A stretch of 64,000 nucleotides of DNA from Rebecca billardiae RCC1528 (GCA_965240325.2 OZ251229.1:2542001-2606000), one strand, 5' to 3'. Counted from the first letter of the stretch, positions 52,810 to 64,000 are shown. The notes: generated by a model not told the origin, from the letters alone. Program-made: numbers and translations.

Positions 52810-54108
52810 ATGGCGGCTCAAAAGACGGGCCGGCAAGCGGCTCGCCTGGCTGTGCTCCTGTGTGAGCTCGCCGGCTGTGGCCTTGGCCTGAAAGGGGTCG
52901 GTCCCTTCGTCGAGCCACGGCCGTTCACCCTCCGCCCCTCGCACGAATGCTGGCAGCCCTCCGTGCCAGCGCCGCCATCGTACGACGTAGTCGTCAACAT
53001 TGCCGTCGGCCAGAACCAGAAGCGCGTGGCGGCACAGCGCGACACGTGGGCCAAGCAGCCCGCTGCGGGCACGCGCTGCTCAATACTCATGCTCTTTGTG
53101 TACGCGGCCCCCGCGGCCGAGTGCTCACACACGCAGAACGGCGATGAGGTGCGTCGCGCCGTGCCTGCCTGCTCAGCTCGGTGGCGCAGCGCCCCCACCC
53201 GCGTGAGATAGCGCGTCGCCGCGCGCCCACACCTCGTGGCTCAGGTCGTGCTGCACTTGAACACGTCTGACGAGTACGAGCGCCTACCGGCCAAGGTTAT
53301 CGGCAGCTTCCAATGGATGTCACGCCACGTCGCGTACAAGTACGTCTTCAAGACGGACGACGACGCGTGGGTGTGCATGCATGAGCTGCTGCGCACGATT
53401 GCGCCGATGCCGCGAGCGCGGCTGTACTGGGGCAAGATGAACGTCCGGCACGCGCTCATCGACGCGACGACGCACAGGGGGTTCGTGCACACGAGCTTCT
53501 CCCGCTACTTTGGCGGCGCCACCCACTACAGGACGTACGCCTTTGGCGCGGCGTACGTGCTCTCCGCGGACGTCGTCGAGGCGATCGCGGACGACGACGG
53601 CGTCGACGCCGCGGCGCACGTGCAGATCGAGGACGTGCTCGTGGGGGAGCTGATCTACCGCCGGCTGCTCGGCCGCGTGTTCGTGAGGAACGCGCGCAAC
53701 CATTCCATCTCGCTCGGGTACAGCCGACAGCGCCGTTCGGCTGACAGCCCGAAGCTGAAGAACAAGGCCTCTGTCAAGTACCTGCTGCACATCTGCGCAC
53801 CGGCGCGCGTGGGCGGGAAGGGGTCGATCGTGGTGCACCGCATCTGGCCGCGGCAGGTGCGCCTGTGCGCGGAGCAGGCGCGTGGCCACTGCCCCTGCGA
53901 CAACAGCAGGCGTGGGCTGTGCTCTGGGCTCGCGCCCGCCACCCCCGAGGACGGCGCGGCTACAGCTGTGGTGCCAGCGAAGCCGCCTGCTGCGGTCGCG
54001 TCGTCAGCATCATCAGGCTCGGCCTCAGCGATAGGCGGCGCCACGCCACCCGCAGGCGATGATCCGCCTGCTGCTGCCACTGGGTCCTATTTTTATTTTG
54101 CATTGTGA
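52810..54108 (+). CDS. GT31 beta-1,3-galactosyltransferase-like protein; intron 53149-53244
   Basis: RDTW, DEYERLPAKV, YVFKTDDD, LYWG, YAFGAAYVLSAD, IEDVLVG. Confidence 0.88.
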
Positions 54109-54297
54109 TGATCGATGACGATGACGGATGCTGCGCTGATGACTTCATCCAGGATAAGCAGACCGTTGAACCGTCACACGCTGCGACGTCGTGCGTGTAC
54201 TAGTCTAACTACTACGAGTACGAGCTACGGACTTACGCCGTAAGTTACGGAGTACGCCGAGTCCGGAGTCGGGAGTGACGATGCGGCCAGCCCGCGC

Positions 54298-57156
54298 CTA
54301 CGAGCCCAGGTCGCACGCGCTGGTCGCCGGCGGCAGCCGTAGCGTGCGCCGGCGGAGCGCATCCATCAGCGTGTCGAACGCGTCCGGCTCACCGTCCTCG
54401 AGCCGCTCGCCCCCGATGCACGGGCCGTACAGCCGCGTCCACAGCAGCCGGCGCCACGCGCAGCGCAGCTCGCGCTGCATGGCGTCGCGCGCCGCGCGGT
54501 CGAGCCTGGCCACCGCGGCGCCGAGCTCGTCGACGCGCTCGTGCGGCACGTGCAGCGAGAACCGCGGCCAGGGCAGCGACTCCTCCATGAGCTGCGCGCT
54601 GCCCGCCGCCTTGGTGATCAGCGGGATGCAGCCGGCGAACACGGCGGGCAGCATGCGCTGGCCGTAGTTGCCCGTCTTGCCCATCGGCACCATGCAGAAT
54701 CGCGCCGATCGGAGCTCGGCGTACAGGTCGACCTGCTCGTGGTAGCCGTCGGCCGGGTCGACGACGAACGGGTGGCGCTCCGTCTGCAGCAGCCGGTACC
54801 CGCTCTCGTTGCGCCACCGCCGCCACGGCTCGAACCGGCTCGGCTGCACGTCCTTGCGAGTGTGGATGGCGCCGGCGAAGAAGACAAGCGTGCGCCGCCG
54901 CGACTCGAAGTCCGGCTCGGCCGGCGCGCGCGGCGACCACGGGGAGAGGCCGTCGGCGAGGCGCTCGCACTCCTGCGGCGTGGGGTAGTCGTTCACCCGG
55001 CGGAACGCCGGCACCATCACATCCTTCGCGCGCTGGAAGCACAGGTGGCATGGCGGGAACTCGCGCTTGAAGATCGTGTCGGCCGCGCCTTCGAGCTCGA
55101 GCGCGCCAATCATCCGGTCCGGGGAGTCCGGGGCGAGCTGGCGCCACCACGTGCTGTTGGGGCGGAGGTACGCGGGCGAGAGGTGCGCGGCGCGGCCGAA
55201 CCACACCGCCTGCCACGACTCGGCCCAGCCGTGCTCCGACGCGGCGAGCAGCAGGTGCGACGCCTTGCCGGCCGCGGCCACCGCGGACCGGTTCCAAAAC
55301 GGCGCCGCGCCGCGCATCCAGCTCAGCGCGTGTACAACCATGGAGCCCGGGAGCGGGCAGCCGTACACCCAGAAGTAGTCGGCGGTCTCGGGGAGCGCGG
55401 TCGAGTGCGCCGAGCGCAGCAGCGCGTCGCCCACCAGCTCCGGCAGGATCCACGGCACGCACGTGCGCCGCGTCACCGGCGGCGCGTTGTACACGAAGAT
55501 GCGCGGGCGCAGCGCGCGCGGCGCGCCCGCCGCGCCGCCGCGCGCGAGCGCCGCGCGCTCAGCGGCGACGCCCTCGCGCGAGTGCGCGCAGTCCATGCCC
55601 CAGCGGCCGGGCGGGCAGGCGCAGAAGCCGTACTCGCACCGCCCGACGCCGCTGCACCGGTTGGGGCACGCGGGCAGCTCGGACGCCGGCATCCCGCCGT
55701 GCTCGTCCCACCGCCAGCGCCGCCACCGGTCCGCTCCAAAACGACCCGCCCCCAACGCAGCTTCCTCGGCGGCGGCCGAGCCGCGCGGCGCGGGCTCTCG
55801 CGCGCACTCGCGCGCGACGCGCAGCGCGGGGTAGCGCACGCGCCTGGCCACGTGGTTGTCGTGCTGCAGGCCGATCCGCGCGTAGCACACGCACGTGCGC
55901 TCGCCCGAGTCGCCCGCCTTGAGCCGCGCGGCCGCCTGTGCGCCATCCTCGTCCGCTGCGCGGCCGGGCGCGCCTCCCGCCGTTGGGGCCACCGGCCCCG
56001 CTTGGGATGGGCGCGCGCGCGGCACGCACCAGCCGGCGCCGTGGCAGCCGCTCGCGCACTCCTCCGCGCGAACCGGCTCCCACGGCGCGCCCCAGCCCGA
56101 TGGCGGCTCCGGCAGCTCGGCGACCAGCGCGTCTGCGCCGGAGCCGGCGGCCGCGTCGGCCGGGCGCGCGGCCGCGCCGCCGCTCAGCCGCGCGACGCGG
56201 CTGGCATCCGCGTGCAGCTCGGAAGCCCAGCTGGCGAAGACGACGTCGTGGGGCAGCTGCCTGGGCAGCTGGTCAACGTCGGTGATCACCGGCGCGCTCG
56301 CGTTCCACCGCGACGGGTGCCACACCGCCGACTCGCGCAGCGGCGGGAGCAGCATATACGGATTATTCGCCAATTTAAAATCCCACGAGAACACGCCCGC
56401 GGCCGCCCAGCGCGCGCCGCGCGCGCCGTCGCGCGCCACGTCGGCGACGTTGGCGTGGCGTGGCGTGGCGATGCACGGCACGCGCACGAGGTAGAGCATG
56501 TCCGTCGACTGCCCCCACCACGTGTCGAACGCGCCCGAGTGCACGCCGGCCAGCGTGGCGAGCGCCTGCGCCACGCACGCGCACGGCAGCGCGCCGAGCC
56601 AGCGCGTCGGCGGCTCGCGGCCGGACTTGAGGTTGGGCACGTCGCGCCAGAAGGCGGCGGTGGACATGACCGAGAGGTTGATGGTGTGCCCATCGCCCGC
56701 CTCGCACGCCGGCATCGTCGCCACGCCGCAGTCGGCGCCGGCGCGCGTCATCGGGCATGCGCACTCGCCACTCACCTCGTCGCACGTGCCGACGCCCGAG
56801 CAGCCGCCGGGGCACGTGCGGAAGCCGCTTCCGCGCGGAGGGCCGGGGTCGGTGGCGGGAGCGGGAACCGACGCGGTCTGCGCGGCCAGCGGCGGCTGCG
56901 CGACGGGCTCGGCCGAAGGCTGCCGCGGCTGGGGCTCATCTGGCGGCCGCGCGCGCGCGCCGCGCTCGGCGGCCCCAAGTGCCTTCGCGGCTGGCTGCGC
57001 CGGCGCGGCGGGCACGCGCTCGGCGGGAAGCAGGCTTCGGCTGGAGAGCAGAATGATGCCGACGGCGCCGACGATCACGCATCCGACGCGCGTGCGCGTG
57101 GAGAAACCCCGCCCTTGGCGATGCGGCGCGGCGCGGACACCGGGCGCGGTCGCCAT
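54298..57156 (-). CDS. Exostosin-family (GT47) glycosyltransferase with EGF-like domains
   Basis: TM anchor; CPGGCSGVGTC, CPNRCSGVGRCEYGFCACPPGRWGMDC; PRIFVY, ADYFWV, LVFFAG, SARFCMVPMG, AVFAGCIP. Confidence 0.88.
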   Translation of the reverse strand: MATAPGVRAAPHRQGRGFSTRTRVGCVIVGAVGIILLSSRSLLPAERVPAAPAQPAAKALGAAERGARARPPDEPQPRQPSAEPVAQPPLAAQTASVPAPATDPGPPRGSGFRTCPGGCSGVGTCDEVSGECACPMTRAGADCGVATMPACEAGDGHTINLSVMSTAAFWRDVPNLKSGREPPTRWLGALPCACVAQALATLAGVHSGAFDTWWGQSTDMLYLVRVPCIATPRHANVADVARDGARGARWAAAGVFSWDFKLANNPYMLLPPLRESAVWHPSRWNASAPVITDVDQLPRQLPHDVVFASWASELHADASRVARLSGGAAARPADAAAGSGADALVAELPEPPSGWGAPWEPVRAEECASGCHGAGWCVPRARPSQAGPVAPTAGGAPGRAADEDGAQAAARLKAGDSGERTCVCYARIGLQHDNHVARRVRYPALRVARECAREPAPRGSAAAEEAALGAGRFGADRWRRWRWDEHGGMPASELPACPNRCSGVGRCEYGFCACPPGRWGMDCAHSREGVAAERAALARGGAAGAPRALRPRIFVYNAPPVTRRTCVPWILPELVGDALLRSAHSTALPETADYFWVYGCPLPGSMVVHALSWMRGAAPFWNRSAVAAAGKASHLLLAASEHGWAESWQAVWFGRAAHLSPAYLRPNSTWWRQLAPDSPDRMIGALELEGAADTIFKREFPPCHLCFQRAKDVMVPAFRRVNDYPTPQECERLADGLSPWSPRAPAEPDFESRRRTLVFFAGAIHTRKDVQPSRFEPWRRWRNESGYRLLQTERHPFVVDPADGYHEQVDLYAELRSARFCMVPMGKTGNYGQRMLPAVFAGCIPLITKAAGSAQLMEESLPWPRFSLHVPHERVDELGAAVARLDRAARDAMQRELRCAWRRLLWTRLYGPCIGGERLEDGEPDAFDTLMDALRRRTLRLPPATSACDLGS

Positions 57157-57631
57157 GACCGACGGACGAAAATGTTTGGCGCATTTCACAATGATTTTCC
57201 ATTCCCCATTTTTTCTTGCGCGAGATCGCAATCTCGAGATTCCAGGACGAACAGAACGGTGTGCAGAGCATTTTTTATCCGCCCACGGATTTTCTTGATG
57301 GCTTGGAGTCTTGGACGCGCCAATGAGGGGCTTGCGCACGATGACATCACTTAGAAGGGATGCCCGCTCAATAGCAGGCCACCGTGTATGGCAAACCGTC
57401 ATTCGCCAAAATGAATACGGATTTTGAACCGCCTTGAACGTATTCGACGAACCCGAGTCCCGCGCGCACGGGCGGGGGCTTGGGACGAGCCCGGAAGTTT
57501 CAATCGGCCGCGGAGCCGAGGAGCCGCGGCTTTTCGAGCTGATTCTTCGTCGGCCGCATCGCTCCGCAAAGCCGGCAGGTGGGCGAGTTCAACTCCTGGG
57601 CCTCGTACCTGCACGAAAGCAGCGCAGCGCG

Positions 57632-59094
57632 ATGTCGCTCTCGGCGCTCTACGTGCGCGCGCGCACGTATGTGTACATGGCGCTGATGACGCTCATCGCT
57701 CTGAGCTGCCTCGTGCAGCTCATCATCTTCCTGCCCGTCCGCCTCGTCAGCGTGCGGCTCTACCGCATGCTCACGGGGCAGACGCTCGCGCTGGCGGTCC
57801 CGGGCTTCCTGCTCGCACCATCCCTCGCCGGTGCGCGCCGCGTCGAGATCGGTGGGGCGGGATCGCCGTCGCGATCGTCGCCCCTCCCGCTCCTCCCGCG
57901 CGCACCCCGCCATGCGCGTGCCCGGCCGCGCGGCGTGTGCTCGCTGCGCTGCGCGCGACGGCTGGCGCTGAGCCGCCCCGTCGCACGCGCCCTCCCTCTG
58001 CACCCACAGGCCTGCAGATGCGCGTGAACGCGGAGCACTGGAAGATGATGATCGAGTCGCGCAGCAAGAGCAACTTCGCCCTCGTCATGTGCAACCACGC
58101 CTCGCGCATCGACTGGCTGCTCGCGCTCTGGTGCGGCTACTGCGACTCGTTCGTCCGCGTCGGCTTCGTCACGGAGGGGCCCATGCAGTTCCTGCCGATC
58201 GTCGGCTGGTTCCGCAAGCTGTGCGAGGACATCTTCGTCTGGCGCTCGTTCAAGGTCGACAAGCCGCGCATCGACGCGAACATCACCTCGTTCAAGCGCA
58301 CGCACACGACGCGGCAGCTCTTCCTGGCGATCGAGGGCGCGATCGTCGACAAGGGCGAGTTCGACCGGCAGTACATCGAGGAGTGCCGCTCGTTCTGCGA
58401 GGCGCAGGGGTACGCGCCGTTCGAGTACGTGCTCACGCCGCGGTACAAGGGCGTGCACGCCCTCGCGCAGCACGCCGGCGACGAGCTCTACGCCGTGACC
58501 AACGTGTTTGTGCAGGACGGCAAGCTGCTCAACTGCAAGCTGGACGACCCGGCGCGCGTCGTCCCGGACCTCTACTACCTGCTGGCCAACCCGATGACGG
58601 TGACGGCGTACTTCGAGCGGATCCAGATCGGCGCGGACCAGGAGCGCGCCAAGCGCGCGTGCATGGACAACTACAAGCACCGCGACGAGCTCATCGCCCA
58701 CTTCCACGAGCACGGCGAGTACCCAGGCGGTCTCACGTACCACACTCTGCCGCTTGAGATTGGGAGGCGGGTCGCGTCGGTCGCGCTGCAGCTCGCGCTG
58801 ATGGCGGCGGGGCTCGCGCCGTTCGGCAAGGCGTACATGCTGCCGCGCATCTTCGCGTACCTCGTGCTCACCCTCGGCGCGTGCCACACCCTCGGCGAGC
58901 TGCTCTCGGGCGAGTCGCGCGAGTCGATCCCGTTCGAGACCATCTTCAAATCGTATCTGTATGCGGGGCGCGACGCCAAGGTGATCGCAAAGTCGAAGGG
59001 CAAGTCGCCGCTCAAGTCGGCGGCGACGTCGGGCGAGGCGCTGAGCGAGACGGCGAAGATGTTCAACCTGATGACGAAGTTCCCGGCCAACTGA
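57632..59094 (+). CDS. PlsC-family lysophospholipid acyltransferase (LPAAT/LCLAT-like); intron 57831-58009
   Basis: CNHASRID (HX4D), LPIVGW, IEG, YVLTPRYKG; TM helices. Confidence 0.88.
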
Positions 59095-59737
59095 GTGCGC
59101 CGTTGCCCTCCCGGCTTGCCGCCGTGCCGGCGGCGTCAGTGAGCGCGCCGCGCGCGCGCGGGCGCCACACGGCGGCTCTTCCCGCCGCCAGTTTTTCTGA
59201 CCTGACCAGCGGCAGCGTGGCTGACATATTATTACCTTCGGCCGATGTCTACACAGAGTCCCTGTCCCACCCCAGACCGTCGCGACGACCGCGACAGCGT
59301 GGTCACTATGACATCGATTGACATCATGATTCGCATGTGTTTTTTCAGAAGCTCGGCCGCGGCGCAGCGTACCGCCCGCGGCACCGCCCCGCACGAGTTT
59401 CACACTGCCGCGCGTGACTAATTCTATGATTTAAAGACACAGGCACGAGGGCGCAGCTCTCCTGATTCGTCTGTCGAAGTACTGAATGGAGTTAATGGAG
59501 GATGTCGCTGGAGCGCGTTGGCCGCGGGTGAGGGAGTCGTCGTAACCGATGCTGATCACACGGTCACTGAGGTAGTAGGCGCCCGGGGATGCCGCTGTTT
59601 TGCAGTCGTCGTCGGCCTTGGTCACTTCATGTAGTTGCCCGCGTCGTCGTCGTCCGAGGCTGTTCAAGTTGATGCCGTAGTGCGGGTAGTGGATGTGGTC
59701 GCCCGGGCCGGTGTGCGCGGCCTAGTGGCCTTGCCGA

Positions 59738-59857
59738 GTTGAGGGAGTAGTCGCCCTTGCCGTTGAGGAAGTCGTCGTCCTTGCCGTTGAGGAAGTCGTC
59801 GCCCTGGCCGCAGAGGAAGTCGTCGCCCTTGCCGTTGAGGAAGTCGTCGTCCTGGCC
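59738..59857. repeat. 24-bp tandem repeat, 5 copies
   Basis: gttgaggaagtcgtcgYcctKgcc units. Confidence 0.9.
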
Positions 59858-60327
59858 GCTGAGGGTGCCTGCGCTGCCCAACCGGGCGCGTCTGGCGCGC
59901 CAGCGCCGCGCGCGGCTCTACGCCAGTGACGGCGGCACGGCGGCAGCCAGGTCACGGGGGGGGTCGGCGAGGGACGCGGTGCGAGCCTGCTTGGCCGGCT
60001 TGGCGTCGCTCCCGCCACTCATAGGTGGGAGTTGGCGTCACGATTATACGTTTATTTACGCGAGTGATGATGATTTGATGATTGCCGCGAATCGAGGGAT
60101 TCGAGGCGAGCTCTGAACCGGTGCGCATCAGCAAGGGTGGTCACCACGCCCACCGGTCGCATCAGGTACTTCGCCATTTCTCCTTTTCGCTGCACCCGGG
60201 CGGTGAGCAGCGGGTGCGGGTGGAGGCCACTGTGAGCCGGAGAGGAGGCGGGGTTCTCACCTCGTTGGCAGAAGGGCGCGCGGGGCGGCGCTGGGCGCGC
60301 CAGGACCTCGCTCGCGGGGGCGAGCGC

Positions 60328-61464
60328 ATGGCACACGATGCCGTAGTCGAGGAGGGCGATGAGAGCGACTTCATCGCAGACGACGCGCCGCAGCCCACCG
60401 CCGTCCTCGTCCGCCCGGAGGACCTGCGCACGTCGCTCGCGACGATCTGGCGCAACTTGCGGCAGGCGTACTACGTGACGCCCTGCTGGCACGCGGAATT
60501 CTACGTCGGGTTGGCGTACTCGGGGTTCATCTCGGTCAGCCAGGCCGTGCCCGCCCGCTGCGGCGGCGAGTCCATCCCGCTGCTCATCCCCGAGATCCAG
60601 CGCAGCTATGGCGTGCTGCACTACCGCAACCTGCACATCGAGCGCAACGTGGCCAAGCGCGCGGCGCGGTACGAGCTGCGGTTCGACACGTCGTTCGACG
60701 CGGTGCTCTCTGCGCTGTGCGAGTACCACGACAACTGCTGGCTCCTCCCCGAGTACTGCGCCCTGCTGCGCGCGCTGCACAAGCGCGGGCGCGTGCCGGT
60801 GCCGAACGGCGCGGCGGGTGCGCAGTTCGAGGTGCACTCGGTTGAGCTCTTCGACACGGTGGACGGGAGCCTGGTGGCCGGCGAGGTGGGGTACGCCATC
60901 GGCTCGCTCTTCACCAGCCTCACTGGTTTCACGCGCGCCGGCCACCCCTCCGCCGGCAAGATCCAGCTCGCAGCGCTCGCGTGCGTGCTCGAGCGCGCCG
61001 GCTCTTCTCTTTGGAATCTTGGTCACCCGCCCCGCGAGGCGAACGACAGGCAGCCCGCGTCGATGCTGTACAAGCGCGAGATCGGCGTGACGGTGATGCC
61101 TCGCCGCGCGTTCCTGCGCAGCTGGGTCGCCGCACGCGACGCGCCTCTGCTCACGCTGCCGCGCACGGCCTGGGCCGTGCGCGCGCTCGGCATCGAGCCG
61201 CGGGCGAGCGCGGACGATCACGGCGCCGTGTCCGTTGGCCCCCTGCTCAAGGCACGGCGCACGGAGCAGCCGGCGGCCCGCCCTGCGCTGCCGGGGGCGG
61301 GAGACGCGGCGCCACCGAGCGGCGACGCCTCTGCCAACGGCGCACGCGGTGGCCCGGACCATCGCCTGGCGCCGCAGCGCGTGCACCCGCAGCCTCAGCC
61401 GCAGCCCACCGCCGCTCCGACGAAGGCGACGCCGCGCGGCCCGGCAGCGGCACCGGTCAGCTGA
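60328..61464 (+). CDS. Leucyl/phenylalanyl-tRNA-protein transferase-like protein
   Basis: LAYSGFI, FDTSFDAV, HSVEL..LVAGEVGYAIGSLFTSLTGF, AGKIQL, WNLG..MLYKREIG. Confidence 0.82.
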   Translation: MAHDAVVEEGDESDFIADDAPQPTAVLVRPEDLRTSLATIWRNLRQAYYVTPCWHAEFYVGLAYSGFISVSQAVPARCGGESIPLLIPEIQRSYGVLHYRNLHIERNVAKRAARYELRFDTSFDAVLSALCEYHDNCWLLPEYCALLRALHKRGRVPVPNGAAGAQFEVHSVELFDTVDGSLVAGEVGYAIGSLFTSLTGFTRAGHPSAGKIQLAALACVLERAGSSLWNLGHPPREANDRQPASMLYKREIGVTVMPRRAFLRSWVAARDAPLLTLPRTAWAVRALGIEPRASADDHGAVSVGPLLKARRTEQPAARPALPGAGDAAPPSGDASANGARGGPDHRLAPQRVHPQPQPQPTAAPTKATPRGPAAAPVS

Positions 61465-61927
61465 CCCCGGCGCTGCACAGTCACGCATGATGCACTGCCG
61501 GCGCCGCGTCATCCCAACTTGGAATTGCGATGGGCCCGTTGCCGCGCTGCGCACGCATTTTATACTGATGATGCATCATGCTTGCTATATATATACTATG
61601 CGAGCCGGCGAGGTGCCACCCGCGAGGCACGACTCGTCACTGAAGTGACTCACTTACACAGTCACTCATACAGCATACTGACTACTGAGTACTGTCTACT
61701 CACGCCCACGGCCACGGTGTGACGTCACGTTAATACGACACGACCCGGACTACACGTCCGACCGGGCAGGTCGACGCGCGCGCGCCCGATAGGCCGTCGC
61801 CCGTCTCGTTCCCTGCGCTTCGGTCACCGTGTGGTGCCCGCGTTGACGGCAGCGCCGGCAGTTGGCGCGCCCATGGGGGCTAGCTGGCGCGCCAGTTCAG
61901 CCAATCACCAGCCACGACGCTCAGCTG

Positions 61928-63799
61928 TCAGCGAGCCAGGGCGCGGACATCAATCTCGCCTGCGAGCGTGCGCTCCACCAGTGGCGGCCCCGGCGGGCTG
62001 CCAGACCCAGCGCCCGACGCCTCGGGCTGGCCCGCACCGCCCGCAGCCGCGTGGGCAGCGGCCGTCTCGACCCCCCACAGCGCGTGCGCGGCCCAGTGCC
62101 CCGCGCAGATCGCTTCCGCCACGTTTGTGTCAAGCCGAGCGCGCCGTGTGCCGTGTGCCTCTGGCGCGGCGCCCCCGTGGTTCCGGGGCGCGTTCGCCGC
62201 ACGTGGGCGCGGCTGTGCGCCCGGGCCCGCGGCGCGGCTGCGCTGCATCACCTGCCGCGCAATCAGCCGCGCGGCTGCCTTCGCAGCGCCCTTGTCGCGC
62301 TGCTCGCGCGCCGTGAGCAGCGCCGCGCGCCACGTCTCCGCAGACACGCACACGGCGTCGACAGTGCGCGGCGACGCGCGGTCAGAGCCGTCCTCGGCCT
62401 CGCGCCGCGCGTCGCCGTCGGCGAGCGCGCGAAGCAGCGCGTCCCGCCAGCGCGCAGTGAGCTGCGCGTTGCCCTCGAGCACCGCGCGCTCGAGCACGCC
62501 CCCCGTGCGCGCACACGCGCCGAGCATCGTGGCCAACTCCGCCTCGGCCGACGATGGCGTCGCGCCCGCTGCGCCCGTGCTGCCGCTCAGCGGCCCGTAT
62601 TCAAGTAGCCGCCCGGAGCGCGCGTCGAAGAGGGCGAAGCCGCCGACGCGCGCGCCGACGTCCACGGCGAGGAGGAGGCTGTGCTGCGCGCGCAGCTCGA
62701 AGCGCGCGGCGCGCTCGGCGCTCAGCAGCGCCCGGCCCGAGGGCTGCTGCTCAGCCGCGGTGCCACCTGACAGACGACTGGTGGCCGGCGTGCGCGCCCC
62801 GGGGGGCGCTCCTGCCCTGTGCTTCAGGTAAGTTGCCAGCAGGGGGCTGGCGCAGGCGGGCGGCGTGGGCTGCGCAGGCACGGGCAGGTCGTCGGGCGCG
62901 CACGCGCTGCGCAGGGCGAGGCGGTACTGCTCGGCCGTGAGCATGCGCACCGCAGTCGGCTCGCGCGTCCGCGTCGTCGCGTGCGGGCTGCCAGCGGGCT
63001 GCGGCGCGGCATCGGCGACGGCTCGCTCGCCTGCGCGCGCCGCGCCCGGCTCGGACGCAGCCGACACCTCCGCCGCCAGCAGTGCCCAGCGCGCGCGCTC
63101 GAGCTGCTGCCGCCGCCGGGTGAGCTTCAGCCGCTTCTTGCGCCCACACCCGCGGCGCAGCTGGTGCCCCAGCTCGAGCAGCTCTGACGAAATGCGGCGC
63201 TCTCGCGAGCCGAAACTGTCGCGCCCTCGCGAGCCGCTTGTCGGAGCGTCGTCGGTCGGTGCGGCCTCCGCCTCGGGCGTGGCGGCAGCCGCGGATGCCA
63301 CGCCATCGGCCGTGTGGCGCAGGGCGGCGATGAGCGCGCCCGGAGAGACCAGATGAAGGTGCCGACGAGCGAGGGCGCCTTTGGCACATCGCACGCCCAA
63401 TTCAGTGTCTGCGGTGGCCACTGTCACGACTGCGCGCACCTCGCACGTCAGCCAGCGCACAGCGTCGACGATGACGTCGTCCGCCTTGGCGCGGGGCCCT
63501 GAGAACGCAACCGCAAGCCCGTCTGGCCTCCACGCCGCGTCGGGCACGGTGCCGTGGTCGAAGAGGAGCAGGACGCGCCCGTCGAGCGCAGTCTCGTGTG
63601 CCCACGCCGCCGTCAGATCTGCCAGCTCCGCCGGTGACCATTGGAAGCTCGTCTTGCCGCGCACGTTGTCGCCGTCGATGATCATGACATCGGCTTGCCG
63701 CAGTGCGTCCGCCTCGGCGCGGAGCCGCCGCGACGGCGGGGCCGGACGGTAGGCGAGGGCTGCGGCGGCGACGAGGACGGCAGCTGCGGCGGCCGTCAT
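61928..63799 (-). CDS. NYN/YacP-like RNase domain fused to a RuvC/RNase H-like domain, with an N-terminal signal/transit-like peptide
   Basis: IIDGDNV..LLFD..KADDVI..VATADTEL; LLAVDVG..GFALF..VLEG..AETWR..DTNVAEAI. Confidence 0.72.
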   Translation of the reverse strand: MTAAAAAVLVAAAALAYRPAPPSRRLRAEADALRQADVMIIDGDNVRGKTSFQWSPAELADLTAAWAHETALDGRVLLLFDHGTVPDAAWRPDGLAVAFSGPRAKADDVIVDAVRWLTCEVRAVVTVATADTELGVRCAKGALARRHLHLVSPGALIAALRHTADGVASAAAATPEAEAAPTDDAPTSGSRGRDSFGSRERRISSELLELGHQLRRGCGRKKRLKLTRRRQQLERARWALLAAEVSAASEPGAARAGERAVADAAPQPAGSPHATTRTREPTAVRMLTAEQYRLALRSACAPDDLPVPAQPTPPACASPLLATYLKHRAGAPPGARTPATSRLSGGTAAEQQPSGRALLSAERAARFELRAQHSLLLAVDVGARVGGFALFDARSGRLLEYGPLSGSTGAAGATPSSAEAELATMLGACARTGGVLERAVLEGNAQLTARWRDALLRALADGDARREAEDGSDRASPRTVDAVCVSAETWRAALLTAREQRDKGAAKAAARLIARQVMQRSRAAGPGAQPRPRAANAPRNHGGAAPEAHGTRRARLDTNVAEAICAGHWAAHALWGVETAAAHAAAGGAGQPEASGAGSGSPPGPPLVERTLAGEIDVRALAR

Positions 63800-64000
63800 C
63801 GCGACGCGGCGAGGCCGGCGAAGGCCGCAGCCCGGAATTCAGAATACATAATGCCGGATTCTCGGCCCGGAAGCCCGGAACAGGTCGTCTGAACTCCGGG
63901 CGATCGACGTGCACGATGCTGGCGCGCGGCGTGCGTGTGCTGGCAGCAAGCCAGCGGCTGAGCAGAGCTCCCATCGGGTTGCTGCCCCGCGCGCAGGCAT

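Noticed and set aside
52810-57156. GT31 + GT47 (plus FkbM) as a glycan biosynthetic cluster
   Set aside because: Only two adjacent convergent genes from large families; no evidence of co-regulation
61928-62680. RuvC-like domain as Fanzor/TnpB
   Set aside because: No zinc finger or split RuvC layout, no flanking element ends; has a signal peptide and an NYN fusion

Overview
GC-rich eukaryotic nuclear DNA with short GT-AG introns (GTGCGC-type donors, CTCAC/CTGAC branch motifs), flagellar genes and bipartite plastid-type presequences. This fits a flagellated alga with a secondary plastid, such as a Pavlovales haptophyte; the taxon is inferred, not shown. About 20 genes are present. Conserved housekeeping genes: MSH2, CFAP221/PCDP1, IFT52, PTS2 thiolase, rhodanese, bestrophin-like channel, LPAAT-like acyltransferase, L/F-transferase-like protein, GT31, GT47 and an FkbM methyltransferase. 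Unusual domain fusions: H-NOX + TIR-like (best candidate for a new system), SPX + RING + Zn2Cys6, NYN + RuvC-like, and GRDP + SUMO-like. There are three SEL1/MYND genes, two with homogenised 108-bp repeat arrays and inactivating lesions. Four kinds of TIR-bounded element were found by eye (hAT-like with a 7-bp TSD, a Tc1/mariner-like MITE family with an apparent excision footprint inside a gene, a Harbinger-like MITE, and a CAC-ended 3.5-kb element). The MSH2 3' end is also duplicated in inverted orientation. Most other ORFs in the track are GC-driven shadow frames. All family assignments come from motif recognition by eye, with no database search.
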